Positions 49,036-62,665 of a stretch of DNA of 64,000 bases are shown here, one piece after another. Under the pieces are notes generated by a model. It saw nothing but the letters and a program-made list of their open reading frames with translations, ran no database searches and was not told the origin of the DNA. The stretch lies in IMG/VR virus record IMGVR_UViG_3300022928_000007; one strand, given 5' to 3'. The position numbers and the translations under genes are program-made. The first letter of the stretch is position 1, and each line of letters opens with the position of its first letter. This DNA is from an uncultured virus (IMG/VR IMGVR_UViG_3300022928_000007). Its lineage: Duplodnaviria > Heunggongvirae > Uroviricota > Caudoviricetes.

Positions 49036-51999
49036 ATGGCAAACAATAAAAATAAGAAATACTTTTATCCACCTGCACCTCCGAGTGCCGATGAATCCTT
49101 TTCACCAAATTTAGTTGGGTTACAGGTTGTTGATGGTGGTGGTTTAACTCAGGGTAACTTTGAGTTTAGTACTTCTATTGTTGAAAAAGTTAATAGAACA
49201 TTTGAGACTGGTGTATTTAGTAATCCTATATCATTAGCGGACCTTGATGTCAATAGTATTGAGGAATCTAAAGCTATAGCGATAAAAAACTATAGGGTTT
49301 ATCCAAATTATGATATAAGTCAAGTTACTAATTATGCGTTATACGGTTCTTTACAAAAAAGATTATCATCATCGATAACTAAGATTATTAATTTTTTTCC
49401 CGCATCTATACAAGTAGATAAATTACGTTTATCCGATTACTCAACAGCAAATACTGCGAGTAATATTACTTTTAATAGTATTGAACAAGTAACAACACTA
49501 ACTATGGATGTTAGTAGATTTATCAATCCTTTTGACATTGATTATTCTGTTAATGCTGCTAGAAACATTGAATTAAGACCTTACCCTACAAGTCCATTAA
49601 GAGACCTTACAAACATGTTTAACAAATATGCTCTGTATGTGGATAACATGGAAACGGAGTACCAACTCGTAAACTTTATACCATCAACTTCATTTTCTGC
49701 GGGAACGATAACATTAAGTGTTCAGGGTAATCCATTTAGTGGAGCAAGTGCAACTACAAGTACTTTAATATTAAGACCTAATAGTTTCCACACTGAGTTT
49801 GCCTTTCAAGAGCCCTTTGACGAGGTTGAAGATTTCTTACTTAATAGATTTAGTAATCCACCATATACGGCTACATTTGATTTAGTTGAAGAAAATGACT
49901 TAGGTCAGTTCGTTAAATCTAAAAAGAAAGTCACATGGCCAAAAAGTGGTGTATGGAATTTAGATATTGTGAGTGAAAATTTTGATAATTATCTTTTACA
50001 AGTTAGTCAAATTGCCGAAGTTTTAGATAGATATAAAACAGATTTAATTGTAAGATTTCTAACTACAGGGGCGTTTAAAGACTTTGACACTCAAGACAAT
50101 AAAGTCGAAAAAGTATTACAAATCTATGGTAGGAGTTTTGATGAATCTAAAAAATTCATAGACGCGTTATCTTTTATGAATTCTGTACATTATACTCCAC
50201 AGAATGATATACCTTCCGCCTTACTACAAAATTTAGCACAGACCTTAGGTTGGGATACTAACATATCACCAATAACAAATGATGACTTTCTAACGTCAAT
50301 ATTTGGTACTAAAAATAAATCTATTTATGCTGGATTTCAAAATGACCCCACACCTAACCAACTAAACTATCAGTTTTATAGAAATATAATAATTAATTCC
50401 GCTTATCTTTTTAAGTCAAAAGGAACTCGTCATTCTATTGAGGCAATTATGAGAATGGTTGGTGCGCCTAAAGACCTAATAGAATTCAATGAAATAGTTT
50501 ATGTTGCGGATGGACCAATCAATGTTAAAAGGTTTGAGGGAGAATTCTTAAAAATTTCAGGAGGAACTAAAGTAGATGACGTACCATCTTTAGACCCTAC
50601 AGTAGTTTATAATATTCAAGGAGTTACTTACACAGGGTTTACTACATCAACATATGTAACACAAACAAATGAAGTTAGAGGTGATTACCCTATGGATGAA
50701 AAGGGTTACCCACAAAGACCAATAGTTAATAATGACTTCTTCTTTGAAAAAGGTGCGGGTTGGTACATTGAGACTCCAGACCACAGAGCCCAAGAAGAAT
50801 TAGATGTAACAAATTCTACATTTACAGGTGCAAACCCTGATGTTCAAACTAAATTACAAACATTCACTTATGGTCAAAAATACTTTGATAGATTTAGAAA
50901 TTTCCCTTATATGAATTTGGGTTTTGGTTTAACTAGAACTATTGATAACAATAAATCTTGGGATGATACTGAAACGGGATTAAGAAGAAATAGAGATGGT
51001 GCTTATAATGCCTATTATACAGTTTTTGATGAAAAATTAGTATTAAACGCTAAAAATGTTGAGTTGTATTTAAACATGGCACAAGGTATAACTTATGATA
51101 TATGGAGAATGTCTAGAAGGTATAATTATCCATTTCCATCTTCAGGTTTAACCGCACCATACCCTTCACCACATGGAAAAGATTGGACTGTTATTAATCC
51201 TCTACCTAAAGAAAAGACTTTCTTCGAGTTTTCTCAAACATTCTATAATACACTTATTAATGTGAGAAACCGTCAAGTTATAAGTGACGGGGCAACTAAC
51301 AGTTACCCAACATTACAATCTATATATTGGAAATATCTACAGTCGGAATCCGCAGTTAACATACCTTCAAATCAATACACTTATCAAAAAATGATTGATT
51401 TCACATTAGGTATAGGTGATTATTGGACAAAATTTGTGGAACAGATGATACCTGCGTCGACAATATGGATGGGTGGTCAAAAAATGGTAAACAATGTTTT
51501 ACAAAGACAAAAACACGTATGGAGGAGACAAAGAGGTTGTGAAATAATCCCTGTTGAATGTATACCTTGTATATATAATGGACAATTATTTGACACTGAT
51601 TGTATTGACCAAACTTTAACTTGTGATGTTAATATTAATTCAATACCTACATTATTTAATAATAGTCTTAATAGTTGTGTTTCTAAATCAGGATATACTA
51701 TTACTGATTGTGTATTAACAACAATAAATAGTAAATGGTTTGTAGATGTAAGGTTAGATTCAACAATACTTGTACAAGAACAATTTTATGAAGGTTTTGG
51801 TGTTCAACAGATACCAACATTTACACAATGGATTAATGCATTGAATAGTAATTTACAGTATTTATATCAATACGGTTTAAACTATAATATAGATAGTAAC
51901 AATATTTTAACTGTGAGTAATACTGGATGTGAGCCGAATTTTACCGATAAAACTTTAACTGTTAATGTTGGAGTAAGTATAGAAATCAATTGTAGTTAA
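49036..51999 (+). CDS. Baseplate wedge protein (gp7/P2 gpI-like)
   Basis: IP..LL..LA..LGW...[17 protein letters not shown] signature. Confidence 0.65.
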   Translation: MANNKNKKYFYPPAPPSADESFSPNLVGLQVVDGGGLTQGNFEFSTSIVEKVNRTFETGVFSNPISLADLDVNSIEESKAIAIKNYRVYPNYDISQVTNYALYGSLQKRLSSSITKIINFFPASIQVDKLRLSDYSTANTASNITFNSIEQVTTLTMDVSRFINPFDIDYSVNAARNIELRPYPTSPLRDLTNMFNKYALYVDNMETEYQLVNFIPSTSFSAGTITLSVQGNPFSGASATTSTLILRPNSFHTEFAFQEPFDEVEDFLLNRFSNPPYTATFDLVEENDLGQFVKSKKKVTWPKSGVWNLDIVSENFDNYLLQVSQIAEVLDRYKTDLIVRFLTTGAFKDFDTQDNKVEKVLQIYGRSFDESKKFIDALSFMNSVHYTPQNDIPSALLQNLAQTLGWDTNISPITNDDFLTSIFGTKNKSIYAGFQNDPTPNQLNYQFYRNIIINSAYLFKSKGTRHSIEAIMRMVGAPKDLIEFNEIVYVADGPINVKRFEGEFLKISGGTKVDDVPSLDPTVVYNIQGVTYTGFTTSTYVTQTNEVRGDYPMDEKGYPQRPIVNNDFFFEKGAGWYIETPDHRAQEELDVTNSTFTGANPDVQTKLQTFTYGQKYFDRFRNFPYMNLGFGLTRTIDNNKSWDDTETGLRRNRDGAYNAYYTVFDEKLVLNAKNVELYLNMAQGITYDIWRMSRRYNYPFPSSGLTAPYPSPHGKDWTVINPLPKEKTFFEFSQTFYNTLINVRNRQVISDGATNSYPTLQSIYWKYLQSESAVNIPSNQYTYQKMIDFTLGIGDYWTKFVEQMIPASTIWMGGQKMVNNVLQRQKHVWRRQRGCEIIPVECIPCIYNGQLFDTDCIDQTLTCDVNINSIPTLFNNSLNSCVSKSGYTITDCVLTTINSKWFVDVRLDSTILVQEQFYEGFGVQQIPTFTQWINALNSNLQYLYQYGLNYNIDSNNILTVSNTGCEPNFTDKTLTVNVGVSIEINCS

Positions 52000-54900
52000 T
52001 GGCAATTTTATATTTTAAATTAGAACAAAGAGCAACATTAAGTTCACCTATAACGGGTGATACTGTTGTTATGAAATGGGATAGTAATGATACGCCTGCT
52101 GGATATGACCAAACCACAACGGTAAATTACTTGTCTTCATTTCCAGATTCTACATGGGGATTTAGGTCAAGATATTGGAAGTTAACTAATTTAGGTTCAA
52201 CAACAATACCATTTGATACTCAAATGCTTGCGGGAGAATTGTGGGGCCCAATAGATAGTTCTGCCTTAAATGTTTATGTTGGAACGACATTCAATATTGA
52301 GACCACTATTTTTGCTAAGAATTATATTAACGTACAAGGACCTACAGGTTTATTTAAATCACCAAGGTATAATGATTCATTTTATAGTGGTACGGGATAT
52401 AATAACACATTATTAGTAATTGGTTCTGATACAAATAGATACGACCAAATTTATTTAACTGAACAGGCGGATTATACACACATTACCAACTCAGGAGTAA
52501 CACAATATGATTGGTTATCCTCAACTACTGTACCTGATAGTATAGATGGTCAAAATTACTTTAATATCATACCTTATTCGGCAACTGCCGCAAGAAATTA
52601 TTTTGATGGTTTATACTCAGGATGGGTTACGGCATCAGATGATTGTTATGGTAATGTATTTACGACTACTATAGGATTAATTTATCCAGGAACCATGAAA
52701 GCCAGAACAGAGTCGTACTCTTCTAAATATGGTGGACCGTGTCTTAGGACTGATGTTGCTCAACAACCTTACAGTGGACTGACTAGCGACCCTGCATTAC
52801 AAGGATATTATAATATTGTAACAAATTGGTATTCAGATTGTAGTGATTGTGAAACTAATAATTCATTTCTAAATGTTTATAAATTTAGTGGAGATACTAC
52901 TTGTGACGGGACAGTTACCTCACCAATTGTTGTAAGTGCAAGTACTTTAAGTTGGGGTTCACCACAAGGAGGAGGACAAGGTAACGGACAATATATAAGA
53001 GTTAAATCTGATTGTTATGGAGGTGAGCCAGGTTTTGTTCAAGCGCCAATAGTGTCTTCAGTTACTAATCCGATTGACGGAGTATATGATACCTGTGCCG
53101 ATTGTACAGGAACCACTAATCCTTCAACAGAATACTATTATTTTTCTGCCTGTACAAGTAGTACCATATTAAGGTTTCAAGCAAACTTATATGATGATAA
53201 TATTCCTAATTCAGCAGAATTAAATGAAGTTTACTTATTAGAAGATTTTGGAGTAAGTAGTGTACCAAATGGATGTTATACACGTATAACACCTACTCCA
53301 TTATATACTGATGTACCTAATTTTAACACGAGTACCGCTACTTCAGGACCAAAATTAGATAGAAATGGTTGTTCAGACGCCGTATGTTCAGTTGCGGTCA
53401 CACCAACACCTACAGTAACGCCTACTGACACTCCTAGACCTACTGAGACCCCTACTAATACGCCATCAGCAACACCCGCAAATACACCAAAGGCGACATC
53501 AACACCTACAGTTACTCCAACAATTACACCAACAATTACTCCTGTTTCAAGTCCCGCCCCTACTAGTACACCAACAGAGACCCCTATACCTACTAACAGT
53601 CCAACCCCTGATTCGACACCAGGAGTGACCCCGACTAATACTCCAACAAGTACGCCACCTAACACTCCACCTTATACCCCAACAAGTACACCTACACCTA
53701 CTCCAACTCCGACTAGAGTAGTTTCTAACTTAGCAGATAAACTTAATACCTGTGAAGTAACTAGCCAATCACAAAAAATATTTGTTTTTTATGATGGAAC
53801 GTCTTTAGATGAAAACAGTGCACTTGATGCTTCTGAATCTATACGTTCTTGGTATAATACTAAAGTAAATAATGGTGACTTATCTTTTGGAAATCTTTAT
53901 GAAGGTGTTATTGGTGAGGCTTCCGATAATGGTGAAAATTGGTTATGGTGGGCATCATATCCTTATCTTGGTTCATTAACGGGAGGTACCTTAAGTGATA
54001 GCACATTAATAACTGAATTTAATAGTCCTGTAACTAACTCTATATATGACAGTCAATGGTGTTCATCTGAGGTTGCGGGTGAATGTGTACCTAATTCGGT
54101 ACAGTTTAATGATGAAAATCAACCATCTTCAGCGTACCGAAGAATTAATAGGGGTTACGCACTCACAGGTAGTTATGGTGTTGTGGATTTAAGAAGTAAC
54201 GGAGTTCCATTTGACCACAATGATTTAGATTTCTCATCAACATCAGGACCTGGAACTTTTTCAGGTGGAGAGTCTAACTATATTGTAATATTTGTGATTG
54301 ATGAGTCTGATGGTGCGGTCGGATTATATACTGGTAGTTTAAATAAGGCTGAACATCTTTATTTGACTCCTTTTACCCTAACAGGTACATATTGGAATAA
54401 CCAATCATTAAAAGAGTATACTAATAGATTTCAATATGATTACGAATCATACTTAAAAGTTTGGGAAGATATACAAGATAATAACGGACAAGTTAATGGA
54501 TTAGTTTATCCTGTAGTAACATCCAATGTAGGACCAACACCATCATTTTTGTTACATTCAGTCGCATCATCTGAGGGTGATACTATAAGTTCTCCTGATT
54601 TCCTTATTAATTATGGTGAAAATATAACATCAGTTGGACCGTATAATTTAAATTTAAGTGCCTTAACTGTCACCAATGTCTATTCAGGTCTAACGTCATC
54701 AACCGCATATCAAAATCTTTCACCAAATTATCAAAATGGTGCGGGTCTTAAACATTTTGGTATATTATCAGACCCGACTGTTGTTAGTTTCAATGAATCA
54801 GTAGTTACTGGGTCTTTAGATTCGTTTTTGAATAATATTGAAACACCTTTAGATACCATTTATGTACAAACAGGTGGAAGAAATATAAATGAAGTTTATA

Positions 54901-57900
54901 ATTTATCAGGAGATTGTTATAATGTTGAATTTATTAGTGTAACTCCTCCGATACCACTTACTAACGTTACAAATCAAATAGGGCCATTTACGGATTGTAA
55001 TCAATGTGAAACCACAGGATGCTATTCAGCAACCACCGATGGTTTTTACACATTTACTGATTGCTGTGGAAATGTACAACAAGGAACTCAAATAGGTTTA
55101 CAAGTATGTGTTGATACCTCACAAAGTTATCAAGGACTTTCAGTAAGTGCGGACCAATGTATACAAAGTTGTGATGAAGGACCTATAACATATACGTTCG
55201 AAGTTACTGGTACATGTGAGAGTCCTAAAGGTGGTTTCATTTTAATAAATCCTTCAGGGGGTACTAAACCATATACAATAACAAATACCTCAACAACTTC
55301 AACTTCAGGAGTACTTTTATCTCAACAAACAGGTAATGGTCCGTTTGGTTGGGGAGGTGTTGATGAAGGTAGTTATGTTTTTATACTTCAAGACAGTTCA
55401 GGTGGGGTTAATCAAGATGTTACTATAAATGTAAATGTAGAAGGGTGTTTTACTGCTGAAATTACTAATGTTTCGGGTACAACATGTGGAGATTTTAATT
55501 CGGGTCAATTAACAGTTACTACTAATTCATTATCATCACCATATCAGATAGATTTATATAACTCAGGTATGTTACAACAATCTGTAAGTAGTCCTACACC
55601 AAGTTATACATTCACATCTTTAATTCCTGAAACTTATTACGCCATCATTACAGACTTTGGTGGTGCTACGGGACAGACAAGTAATGCTGTTATTGTTAAC
55701 AGTAGTGCATTTACTTACAATATTTTAATTAATAATGATTCACCTTGTAGTAGTACGGGAGTTGGTTCGGCATCAATTAATAATATTAGTGGTGGGACTT
55801 CTCCATTTACGTATCTTTGGTCTAATGGTCAGACAGGTTCTACCGCTACGGGATTAACTCAGGGTAATTGGTCAGTAACAGTTACGGATAGTGATGGTTG
55901 TTTTGTTTCACAATCTTTTGTGGTGGGATTGGCGGACCCATTAGGTGTTGTATCATCGGTACCTACACAAGCCTCGTGTTTTTCGTGTGACGCGACAATT
56001 GTTCTTACAATCTCAGGAGGAACTGCCCCATATACATTCCAAGGTAGTACAGGTCAAGTTGTAACTACTAACGATACCTTCCATACATTTACAGGCTTAT
56101 GTGGAGGTTCTCACACAACTATAATTACAGATGCTGGAGGATGTAGTATAACATCTTTCCAACAAGTCACTTCTACTGCAGGATTTAATATAGTTGCTGT
56201 TAGTGTTACTAATTCAGATTGTAATAACGATGGGTCTATTACTATTCAAATAAGTGCACCACAAGGAATTTTTACTTATAGTATTACTGATAGTTTAGGT
56301 TCTACACAGAGTATTAGCACGAGTAATCAGACTCATACGTTTAATAATTTACCTTCAGATACTTATGAAGTCTCTATTGTAAATAGCCAAGGATTATGTA
56401 GTTATGTTACTCAAGAAACGGTCACTAATCAACCTAAATATGATGTAAATACCGTTGTAACCGATGCTATATGTGGTAATAACAATGGATATATTGATAT
56501 ATCTCTAAGTGCGGCAACTCAACCATTAGAGCCACCTTTTGATTATATTATAACCGATTTAAATACAAGTGCGGTAATTTATCAAGACATCGATTCCCCA
56601 TCAACCACACTAACAGTTAATAATTTATCATCTAGTATTTACCAATTATATGTAAATGACCACGGTAATTGTACTGTAGTTCAAAATTTCAACGTATCAG
56701 GAACAACAGGGGTTGATTTCGGTATAACTAAAACGGATTGTATTAATGGTGATGACGGAACTGCAACTATAAATATTTTTGATGGTGTGGCACCTTTTGT
56801 TATCGGATGGTCCAACGGAGAATCAACACTATCAATTAGTGGTTTAAGTGGAGGAACATATACTGCCACTGTTGTTGATAGTAATGGATGTACCCTGTCA
56901 CAATCCGTAACAATAAATTGTAACAATCAAACAGTAATATGTTACGAATTAAACGAAATATGTGAAAATGACTTTATAACTACTGCGGGTCAAATTAAAG
57001 ATTTTGGTTCTATGTTAAGTGAAGGGTTTAATGATTTAACATCAGGACATACTGATTGTACATTAAACAGTGCAGTGTTCTATACTATAATAGATTTATC
57101 GGGAGGTACCATTACTCCGCCTTACCATTTTGAAGAACCATTCTATACTGGTACTACTTTAAGTGATTATCCAACAGGAGAACAATGGATACAATCTATA
57201 GATGATATTTTATCTACGATTCCTGAAATTGAAAGCTTCACTCTTGACCTTAATACTAACCAATTAACTTTAGTGTCTGATTGTAAAGAACTAAAAGATG
57301 TTTACTTTAGGTTAAGTACAAAAATAGTATATGATATTACTTGTATAGACATACCAACACCGACACCAACACCGAGTCCAACAGTAACTCATACTCCTAC
57401 TCCAACACCAACATCGGCAGTAGTAATTGATGAACAAACTGAAATTAATATATTCTTTGATGATTCAGGTTCTATGAGTGGTACTGAAACACCATTAAAT
57501 GTTATGGCAAGTGATGTTCTTAAACCTTGTTTATTACCTTTCTACAATAATGACTCGGCATTATATGATAGTAGGGTAAGAGTTTTAAATATGAAAGACG
57601 ACTTAAATCTAAATGAAAGAGGATATGCTTGTTTAGCGACTTCGGGTACTACACCTACAATTACTAAGGTTATTAATTTAGCATTCCAAGATGAGGCTTC
57701 TCCATATGGTAGCGATAGCGGAGGTTGGACTATTACTACACCTAGAACCTCTACCTTTAATGTCGACATAACTACTTTAAGGGATAGGATTGATAATAAT
57801 CCACCTAATTACATTCTGGGGGAGTATTTTCAAGTAGCAACTCAACCAACAGGTCAGTATTTAAGATTTAAACAATTATTACAAGCGGTTGAAGGTGGTA

Positions 57901-58463
57901 CAGGTCAATATGTAATACCTTTTGGTTTATCTGATAAACCTGAAATACATAACACATATGATGTCGTACCAGGACAAGGACAGACCACGGGTACGGGCCC
58001 GGGAAGTCCACAATATTATACGGACTTAATTATTACTGCGATTAATAATTTAGGATACAATATTCCACCTTGTAATCAAACACCCACCCCAACACCAACT
58101 CCTACTTCAACACCTATCGCGACTTCAACTTTAAATATAAGTGGAATTATTGGTAGTTGTTCTAGAGGAAGTATTTCCATAGTTAAAAACTCAACAACGA
58201 TATATACTTATACTCATAGTGGTAATACTCCCGATACTGAAAATCCTCCAGGAATATTAGTTTCACTGGGCGACACTATTGAGATATTTGCATCTGCACA
58301 ATCACCTGTAGGTGCAGGATGTGTTGGTCAAGCTTTCTTTACTGATACTATTGTTCAATTAGATAACTCTACGGTTATTAATGTTAGTAATAGTAGTAGT
58401 AGTCATTCGTTTACTGCAATTAATTCTTCATACGATATCGACTTTACAATGACGGTATCATAA
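51999..58463 (+). CDS. Giant adhesin-like virion protein: Pro/Thr linkers, SprB-like repeats, vWA-like domains
   Basis: GGT.P(Y/F)TY.WSNG...TGL..G...VTVTD..GC repeats; [15 protein letters not shown]-like motif; three PT tracts. Confidence 0.7.
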   Translation: MAILYFKLEQRATLSSPITGDTVVMKWDSNDTPAGYDQTTTVNYLSSFPDSTWGFRSRYWKLTNLGSTTIPFDTQMLAGELWGPIDSSALNVYVGTTFNIETTIFAKNYINVQGPTGLFKSPRYNDSFYSGTGYNNTLLVIGSDTNRYDQIYLTEQADYTHITNSGVTQYDWLSSTTVPDSIDGQNYFNIIPYSATAARNYFDGLYSGWVTASDDCYGNVFTTTIGLIYPGTMKARTESYSSKYGGPCLRTDVAQQPYSGLTSDPALQGYYNIVTNWYSDCSDCETNNSFLNVYKFSGDTTCDGTVTSPIVVSASTLSWGSPQGGGQGNGQYIRVKSDCYGGEPGFVQAPIVSSVTNPIDGVYDTCADCTGTTNPSTEYYYFSACTSSTILRFQANLYDDNIPNSAELNEVYLLEDFGVSSVPNGCYTRITPTPLYTDVPNFNTSTATSGPKLDRNGCSDAVCSVAVTPTPTVTPTDTPRPTETPTNTPSATPANTPKATSTPTVTPTITPTITPVSSPAPTSTPTETPIPTNSPTPDSTPGVTPTNTPTSTPPNTPPYTPTSTPTPTPTPTRVVSNLADKLNTCEVTSQSQKIFVFYDGTSLDENSALDASESIRSWYNTKVNNGDLSFGNLYEGVIGEASDNGENWLWWASYPYLGSLTGGTLSDSTLITEFNSPVTNSIYDSQWCSSEVAGECVPNSVQFNDENQPSSAYRRINRGYALTGSYGVVDLRSNGVPFDHNDLDFSSTSGPGTFSGGESNYIVIFVIDESDGAVGLYTGSLNKAEHLYLTPFTLTGTYWNNQSLKEYTNRFQYDYESYLKVWEDIQDNNGQVNGLVYPVVTSNVGPTPSFLLHSVASSEGDTISSPDFLINYGENITSVGPYNLNLSALTVTNVYSGLTSSTAYQNLSPNYQNGAGLKHFGILSDPTVVSFNESVVTGSLDSFLNNIETPLDTIYVQTGGRNINEVYNLSGDCYNVEFISVTPPIPLTNVTNQIGPFTDCNQCETTGCYSATTDGFYTFTDCCGNVQQGTQIGLQVCVDTSQSYQGLSVSADQCIQSCDEGPITYTFEVTGTCESPKGGFILINPSGGTKPYTITNTSTTSTSGVLLSQQTGNGPFGWGGVDEGSYVFILQDSSGGVNQDVTINVNVEGCFTAEITNVSGTTCGDFNSGQLTVTTNSLSSPYQIDLYNSGMLQQSVSSPTPSYTFTSLIPETYYAIITDFGGATGQTSNAVIVNSSAFTYNILINNDSPCSSTGVGSASINNISGGTSPFTYLWSNGQTGSTATGLTQGNWSVTVTDSDGCFVSQSFVVGLADPLGVVSSVPTQASCFSCDATIVLTISGGTAPYTFQGSTGQVVTTNDTFHTFTGLCGGSHTTIITDAGGCSITSFQQVTSTAGFNIVAVSVTNSDCNNDGSITIQISAPQGIFTYSITDSLGSTQSISTSNQTHTFNNLPSDTYEVSIVNSQGLCSYVTQETVTNQPKYDVNTVVTDAICGNNNGYIDISLSAATQPLEPPFDYIITDLNTSAVIYQDIDSPSTTLTVNNLSSSIYQLYVNDHGNCTVVQNFNVSGTTGVDFGITKTDCINGDDGTATINIFDGVAPFVIGWSNGESTLSISGLSGGTYTATVVDSNGCTLSQSVTINCNNQTVICYELNEICENDFITTAGQIKDFGSMLSEGFNDLTSGHTDCTLNSAVFYTIIDLSGGTITPPYHFEEPFYTGTTLSDYPTGEQWIQSIDDILSTIPEIESFTLDLNTNQLTLVSDCKELKDVYFRLSTKIVYDITCIDIPTPTPTPSPTVTHTPTPTPTSAVVIDEQTEINIFFDDSGSMSGTETPLNVMASDVLKPCLLPFYNNDSALYDSRVRVLNMKDDLNLNERGYACLATSGTTPTITKVINLAFQDEASPYGSDSGGWTITTPRTSTFNVDITTLRDRIDNNPPNYILGEYFQVATQPTGQYLRFKQLLQAVEGGTGQYVIPFGLSDKPEIHNTYDVVPGQGQTTGTGPGSPQYYTDLIITAINNLGYNIPPCNQTPTPTPTPTSTPIATSTLNISGIIGSCSRGSISIVKNSTTIYTYTHSGNTPDTENPPGILVSLGDTIEIFASAQSPVGAGCVGQAFFTDTIVQLDNSTVINVSNSSSSHSFTAINSSYDIDFTMTVS

Positions 58464-58535
58464 TGAAAATAAAAAAGTAAATAGAAAAATGTATTTTACA
58501 ATCTCGCAGTATTTATATAACAAACGTACACATTA

Positions 58536-61358
58536 ATGAGTCAAGTAATAATAAGATTAACTTTAAGTTCAAATGCAGTAGGACCCTTTGATATTCATAC
58601 GGGTTCCACGGCGACTACGCCTATTGTCACCAATGTTACAAGAGACCAAATCACTGCAGGTGTAGTTTTAGATTTACCTGGTAGTGTTGCGGGTACTCAG
58701 TATACTATTTTTGTAGTTAACAAACAGCCAGGTTGTAACGATGAAACGGTATCCAAAAAAATTGTAGTATATGAGAGTGATGTTACACCTACACCTACAC
58801 CTACCAATGCCACCACTCCAACGGTCACTCCTACTTTAACTGTTACGCCGTCACACACTCCTCAAGTTACGTCAACCCCTACGGTTACGATGACTATGAC
58901 TGTTACACCAACTAACACACCGACAGGTACTCCTGGAACCACACCAGGAACTACTCCAACTAATACACCTACATTAACACCAACTAACACACCGACAGGT
59001 ACTCCGGAGGCGACACCAGGAACTACCCCAACTAATACGCCAACAGGAACTGCTGAAGTAACATCGACTCCAACGGTTACTCCAACAAATACACCAACTA
59101 ATACAGTAACACCAACAAATACCCCAACTAATACAGTAACACCAACTAATACACCTACAGTAACACCAACTAATACACCTACTGATACGCCAGGAGTCAG
59201 CACCACTCCTACACCTACTCATACTGTAACACCAACAGGAACCGCTGAGGTAACACCAACTCCATCAGTTACTACAACTGTGACACCAACTGTGACCCCA
59301 ACAGAAACTCCAACAGAAACGCCTACAAATACTCCAACAGGAACGGCTGAAGTTACATCAACGCCAACGGTAACACCGACTAATACCCCAACAGGGACTG
59401 CTGAGGTAACTGCAACACCGACTGTTACTCCAACAAATACACCAACAGGTACTGCTGAAGTAACATCTACACCTACTGTTACTCCTACCAACACTCCTAC
59501 TAATACGGTAACACCAACAAATACTCCGACATTAACTCAAACAGTGACTCCGACTGATACTCCAGGAGCGAGTGTAACTCCAACACCTACTATTACAGAT
59601 ACGCCACAAGTTACTCCAACCAACACTCCAACAGGAACTGCTGAAGTAACTCCAACACCATCAGTTACAACAACTGTTACACCAACAGGAACTGCTGAGG
59701 TAACACCAACTCCATCGGTTACAACAACTGTGACACCAACAGGTACCGCTGAAGTAACATCAACACCAACGGTTACTCCGACAAATACTCCTACTCAAAC
59801 TGCTGAGGTAACGTCTACACCAACAGTCACACCTACGAATACACCAACAGGAACTGCTGAAGTTACATCAACTCCAACTGTTACTCCAACCAACACACCA
59901 ACAGGAACTGCTGAGGTAACAGCTACTCCGACAGTTACACCTACAGAGACTCCAACTAATACACCTACTCAAACTCCAACTAATACACCTACTAACACTG
60001 TGACTCCAACAGGAACTGCTGAAGTGACTCCAACGCCATCAGTTACAACAACTGTTACACCTACAGGTACCGCTGAAGTAACATCGACACCAACGGTTAC
60101 TCCAACTAATACTCCGACAGGAACACCGCCTGTAACTCCTACTAATACAGTAACGCCATCAGTGACTGCAGAAGTAACATCGACTCCAACGGTTACTCCA
60201 ACTAATACTCCGACAGGAACACCACCTGTAACTCCTACTAACACACCTACAGGTACCGCTGAAGTAACATCAACACCAACGGTTACTCCGACTAATACTC
60301 CGACAGGAACACCACCTGTTACACCAACCAACACTCCAACAGGAACTGCAGAGGTAACATCTACGCCAACAGTAACACCAACAAATACACCAACTAATAC
60401 AGTAACACCAACTAATACTCCAACTAATACGCCAACAGGAACTCCACCTGTTACACCAACTAATACTCCGACAGGAACTGCTGAGGTAACATCTACTCCA
60501 ACAGTAACACCAACTAACACACCAACAGGAACGCCACCTGTTACTCCAACCAATACTCCAACAGGAACTGCTGAAGTAACGAGTACACCAACTGTTACGC
60601 CAACTAATACGGTCACACCAACAGGAACGCCACCTGTTACTCCAACCAACACACCAACAGGAACTGCTGAAGTTACACCAACGCCATCAGTTACAACAAC
60701 AGTTACACCAACATTAACACCTACCAATACGCCAACAGGAACACCACCTGTAACACCAACTAATACTACTACGCCTACCCCAACACCAACAGAAGGAGCG
60801 GCACCTAAAGCGTTATTATTTATACTTGAAGGTACTAACAACACTGCTTTTGCAACTTATATGAATAATCAAGGTTCAACATTCTTTGGATTCGGATTCT
60901 CGTCACCACCATCTACAGGTTCAGATATTGTAACATTTATGGATTGGCCAGGTTGGTATGATGGTACAGCCCCTACAGTTATTGAGGCGGATATACCGCA
61001 AGTTAGTGGTGGTAATGATAGTTTTGGAAATCCAATATCACAATATAATTTTGTTACTACAGAAGTTCCTCAAGGAACTGCTGCTGGAGGAGCTTGGTAC
61101 CACTGGTTAATACCACAGTCACAACTTGGTAATACAACTGATAGACAATTAACTATCGGGTACAATATTAATTCAGACCCTAACACATTATTATCTGCTA
61201 CGATGAGTTCATCTATATATAATTTAGCGGGTAATTATAATGGAGTTAATTGGCCAGCCGATACTTATAGATTATATAGTTCATATGCTAATACCGCATT
61301 TAATATTAGTAATAATGGTACTGATGATTTATACTTTAAAGGTAATACCGTTGGATAA
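58536..61358 (+). CDS. Mucin-like Thr/Pro-rich stalk protein with globular ends
   Basis: About 670 aa of TPT-based repeats between a short N-domain and an aromatic-rich C-domain. Confidence 0.8.
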   Translation: MSQVIIRLTLSSNAVGPFDIHTGSTATTPIVTNVTRDQITAGVVLDLPGSVAGTQYTIFVVNKQPGCNDETVSKKIVVYESDVTPTPTPTNATTPTVTPTLTVTPSHTPQVTSTPTVTMTMTVTPTNTPTGTPGTTPGTTPTNTPTLTPTNTPTGTPEATPGTTPTNTPTGTAEVTSTPTVTPTNTPTNTVTPTNTPTNTVTPTNTPTVTPTNTPTDTPGVSTTPTPTHTVTPTGTAEVTPTPSVTTTVTPTVTPTETPTETPTNTPTGTAEVTSTPTVTPTNTPTGTAEVTATPTVTPTNTPTGTAEVTSTPTVTPTNTPTNTVTPTNTPTLTQTVTPTDTPGASVTPTPTITDTPQVTPTNTPTGTAEVTPTPSVTTTVTPTGTAEVTPTPSVTTTVTPTGTAEVTSTPTVTPTNTPTQTAEVTSTPTVTPTNTPTGTAEVTSTPTVTPTNTPTGTAEVTATPTVTPTETPTNTPTQTPTNTPTNTVTPTGTAEVTPTPSVTTTVTPTGTAEVTSTPTVTPTNTPTGTPPVTPTNTVTPSVTAEVTSTPTVTPTNTPTGTPPVTPTNTPTGTAEVTSTPTVTPTNTPTGTPPVTPTNTPTGTAEVTSTPTVTPTNTPTNTVTPTNTPTNTPTGTPPVTPTNTPTGTAEVTSTPTVTPTNTPTGTPPVTPTNTPTGTAEVTSTPTVTPTNTVTPTGTPPVTPTNTPTGTAEVTPTPSVTTTVTPTLTPTNTPTGTPPVTPTNTTTPTPTPTEGAAPKALLFILEGTNNTAFATYMNNQGSTFFGFGFSSPPSTGSDIVTFMDWPGWYDGTAPTVIEADIPQVSGGNDSFGNPISQYNFVTTEVPQGTAAGGAWYHWLIPQSQLGNTTDRQLTIGYNINSDPNTLLSATMSSSIYNLAGNYNGVNWPADTYRLYSSYANTAFNISNNGTDDLYFKGNTVG
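58782..60790 (+). repeat. Coding tandem repeat (units such as [37 protein letters not shown])
   Basis: Peptide units recur many times with variable synonymous codons. Confidence 0.9.
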
Positions 61359-61409
61359 AAAAAAAATTTTGAAATAGATTTTACTATTTATAAAAGTAAC
61401 AAATAATAG

Positions 61410-62651
61410 ATGTCATTCATATATAAAAACCCTAGTGTAGGAACAACATTATCGACACCCGATGTGGTAACCAGACTTTCAGTTGTTGGTTCTAACTTTA
61501 GTGTGTTAACCGCTGGTGGGTATATGGAAGTATGGTCACTATCTGACTTAAACTATCAAACTTTTGGTGGTAGTGGTCTTATAGAAAATAGCGGTAATAC
61601 CATCCCTATTTATTATTCAAAATCTAATCTTGGTTTTATAGCTAGTAAGGTAACTATAGAGGATGATGGTATAACATCAGGTAGACGTAGATTAGGTATG
61701 CAAGTCTACGTTCATGAAACTGACACAGTTTATCAGTATGTAATACCTAATTATGAAACTTTATTTAATAGTGCCAGCGGGGCAACTGAAGAAGACCCCT
61801 CAACTGGAAAATATGTCGTAAGTGATAATACTGTAGATGGTTTAGCTTTTGTTAATGCTTGGTTAGACTCATCAATTGAGGGTGTAAGTGGGGTTACACG
61901 AGCAAATGCAAGATGGAGAATATTTTATGGTACAGATGTAACGGTAACAGGTGGTACCTATACTAATGGTACTGCACTCTTTACTAATAGTACTGGTGGA
62001 ACATTTAGTGTAACAGGATTCACCACGGGTGGAACAGGTACGGATACCTTCTTAACGGGCGGTACTTACACTAACTCAACAGGTACTTTAACTCTTGAAA
62101 GAAATGATTCAGGTACTATTGATATAACAGGATTTACGACAGGTACTACTGAGGACACATATGTGACAGGTGTAACGTATAATCAATTAACAAAAGAATT
62201 AACTTTAGGTTTAAATGACGGAGTTGATTTTAATGCCACAGGTTTCGCCGCTGAAGTAACAGGTGGAACATATTCAGGAGGTTCTATCACATTGTTTAAA
62301 AACGATGGGACAACTTCACAAATAACAGGACTAGAAATATTAACACATATAGGGTTAGTTAATGATACCAATGTATCAGTTAGTGGTACTACTATAGATA
62401 CTGTTGATACTACAACATATAAAGGTGCTTTCTTTGACTATGTAATAAATGATGGTACTAATTACAGAGCGGGTACGGTACAATCTGTATGGTCAAGTAC
62501 CGATATAGAATTTAATGACTCCTCAACAGTTGACATAGGAACAACTAATAATTTTTCATGGGGTATGGAATTAGATGGTAACAATGCGTTACTAAAAGCC
62601 AATATTTTAGGGGGGACCTGGGATATTAGGATAATTAAACACATTATATAA
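61410..62651 (+). CDS. Tail fibre-like protein with (V/L)TGGTY repeats
   Basis: Repeated DT.VTGGTY..GT..L..N.G....TGF units plus a C-terminal beta domain. Confidence 0.65.
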   Translation: MSFIYKNPSVGTTLSTPDVVTRLSVVGSNFSVLTAGGYMEVWSLSDLNYQTFGGSGLIENSGNTIPIYYSKSNLGFIASKVTIEDDGITSGRRRLGMQVYVHETDTVYQYVIPNYETLFNSASGATEEDPSTGKYVVSDNTVDGLAFVNAWLDSSIEGVSGVTRANARWRIFYGTDVTVTGGTYTNGTALFTNSTGGTFSVTGFTTGGTGTDTFLTGGTYTNSTGTLTLERNDSGTIDITGFTTGTTEDTYVTGVTYNQLTKELTLGLNDGVDFNATGFAAEVTGGTYSGGSITLFKNDGTTSQITGLEILTHIGLVNDTNVSVSGTTIDTVDTTTYKGAFFDYVINDGTNYRAGTVQSVWSSTDIEFNDSSTVDIGTTNNFSWGMELDGNNALLKANILGGTWDIRIIKHII

Positions 62652-62665
62652 AAAAAACAAAAAAA

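Noticed and set aside
58782..60790. Possible CRISPR array
   Set aside because: Repeats are in-frame coding units with synonymous variation; there are no invariant repeats with unique spacers and no cas genes.
53276..60844. Minus-strand Val/Gly-rich ORFs (53276-53665, 58862-59206, 58974-59222, 59219-59494, 59969-60844)
   Set aside because: Antisense shadows of Thr/Pro codon repeats, which lack stops on the reverse strand.
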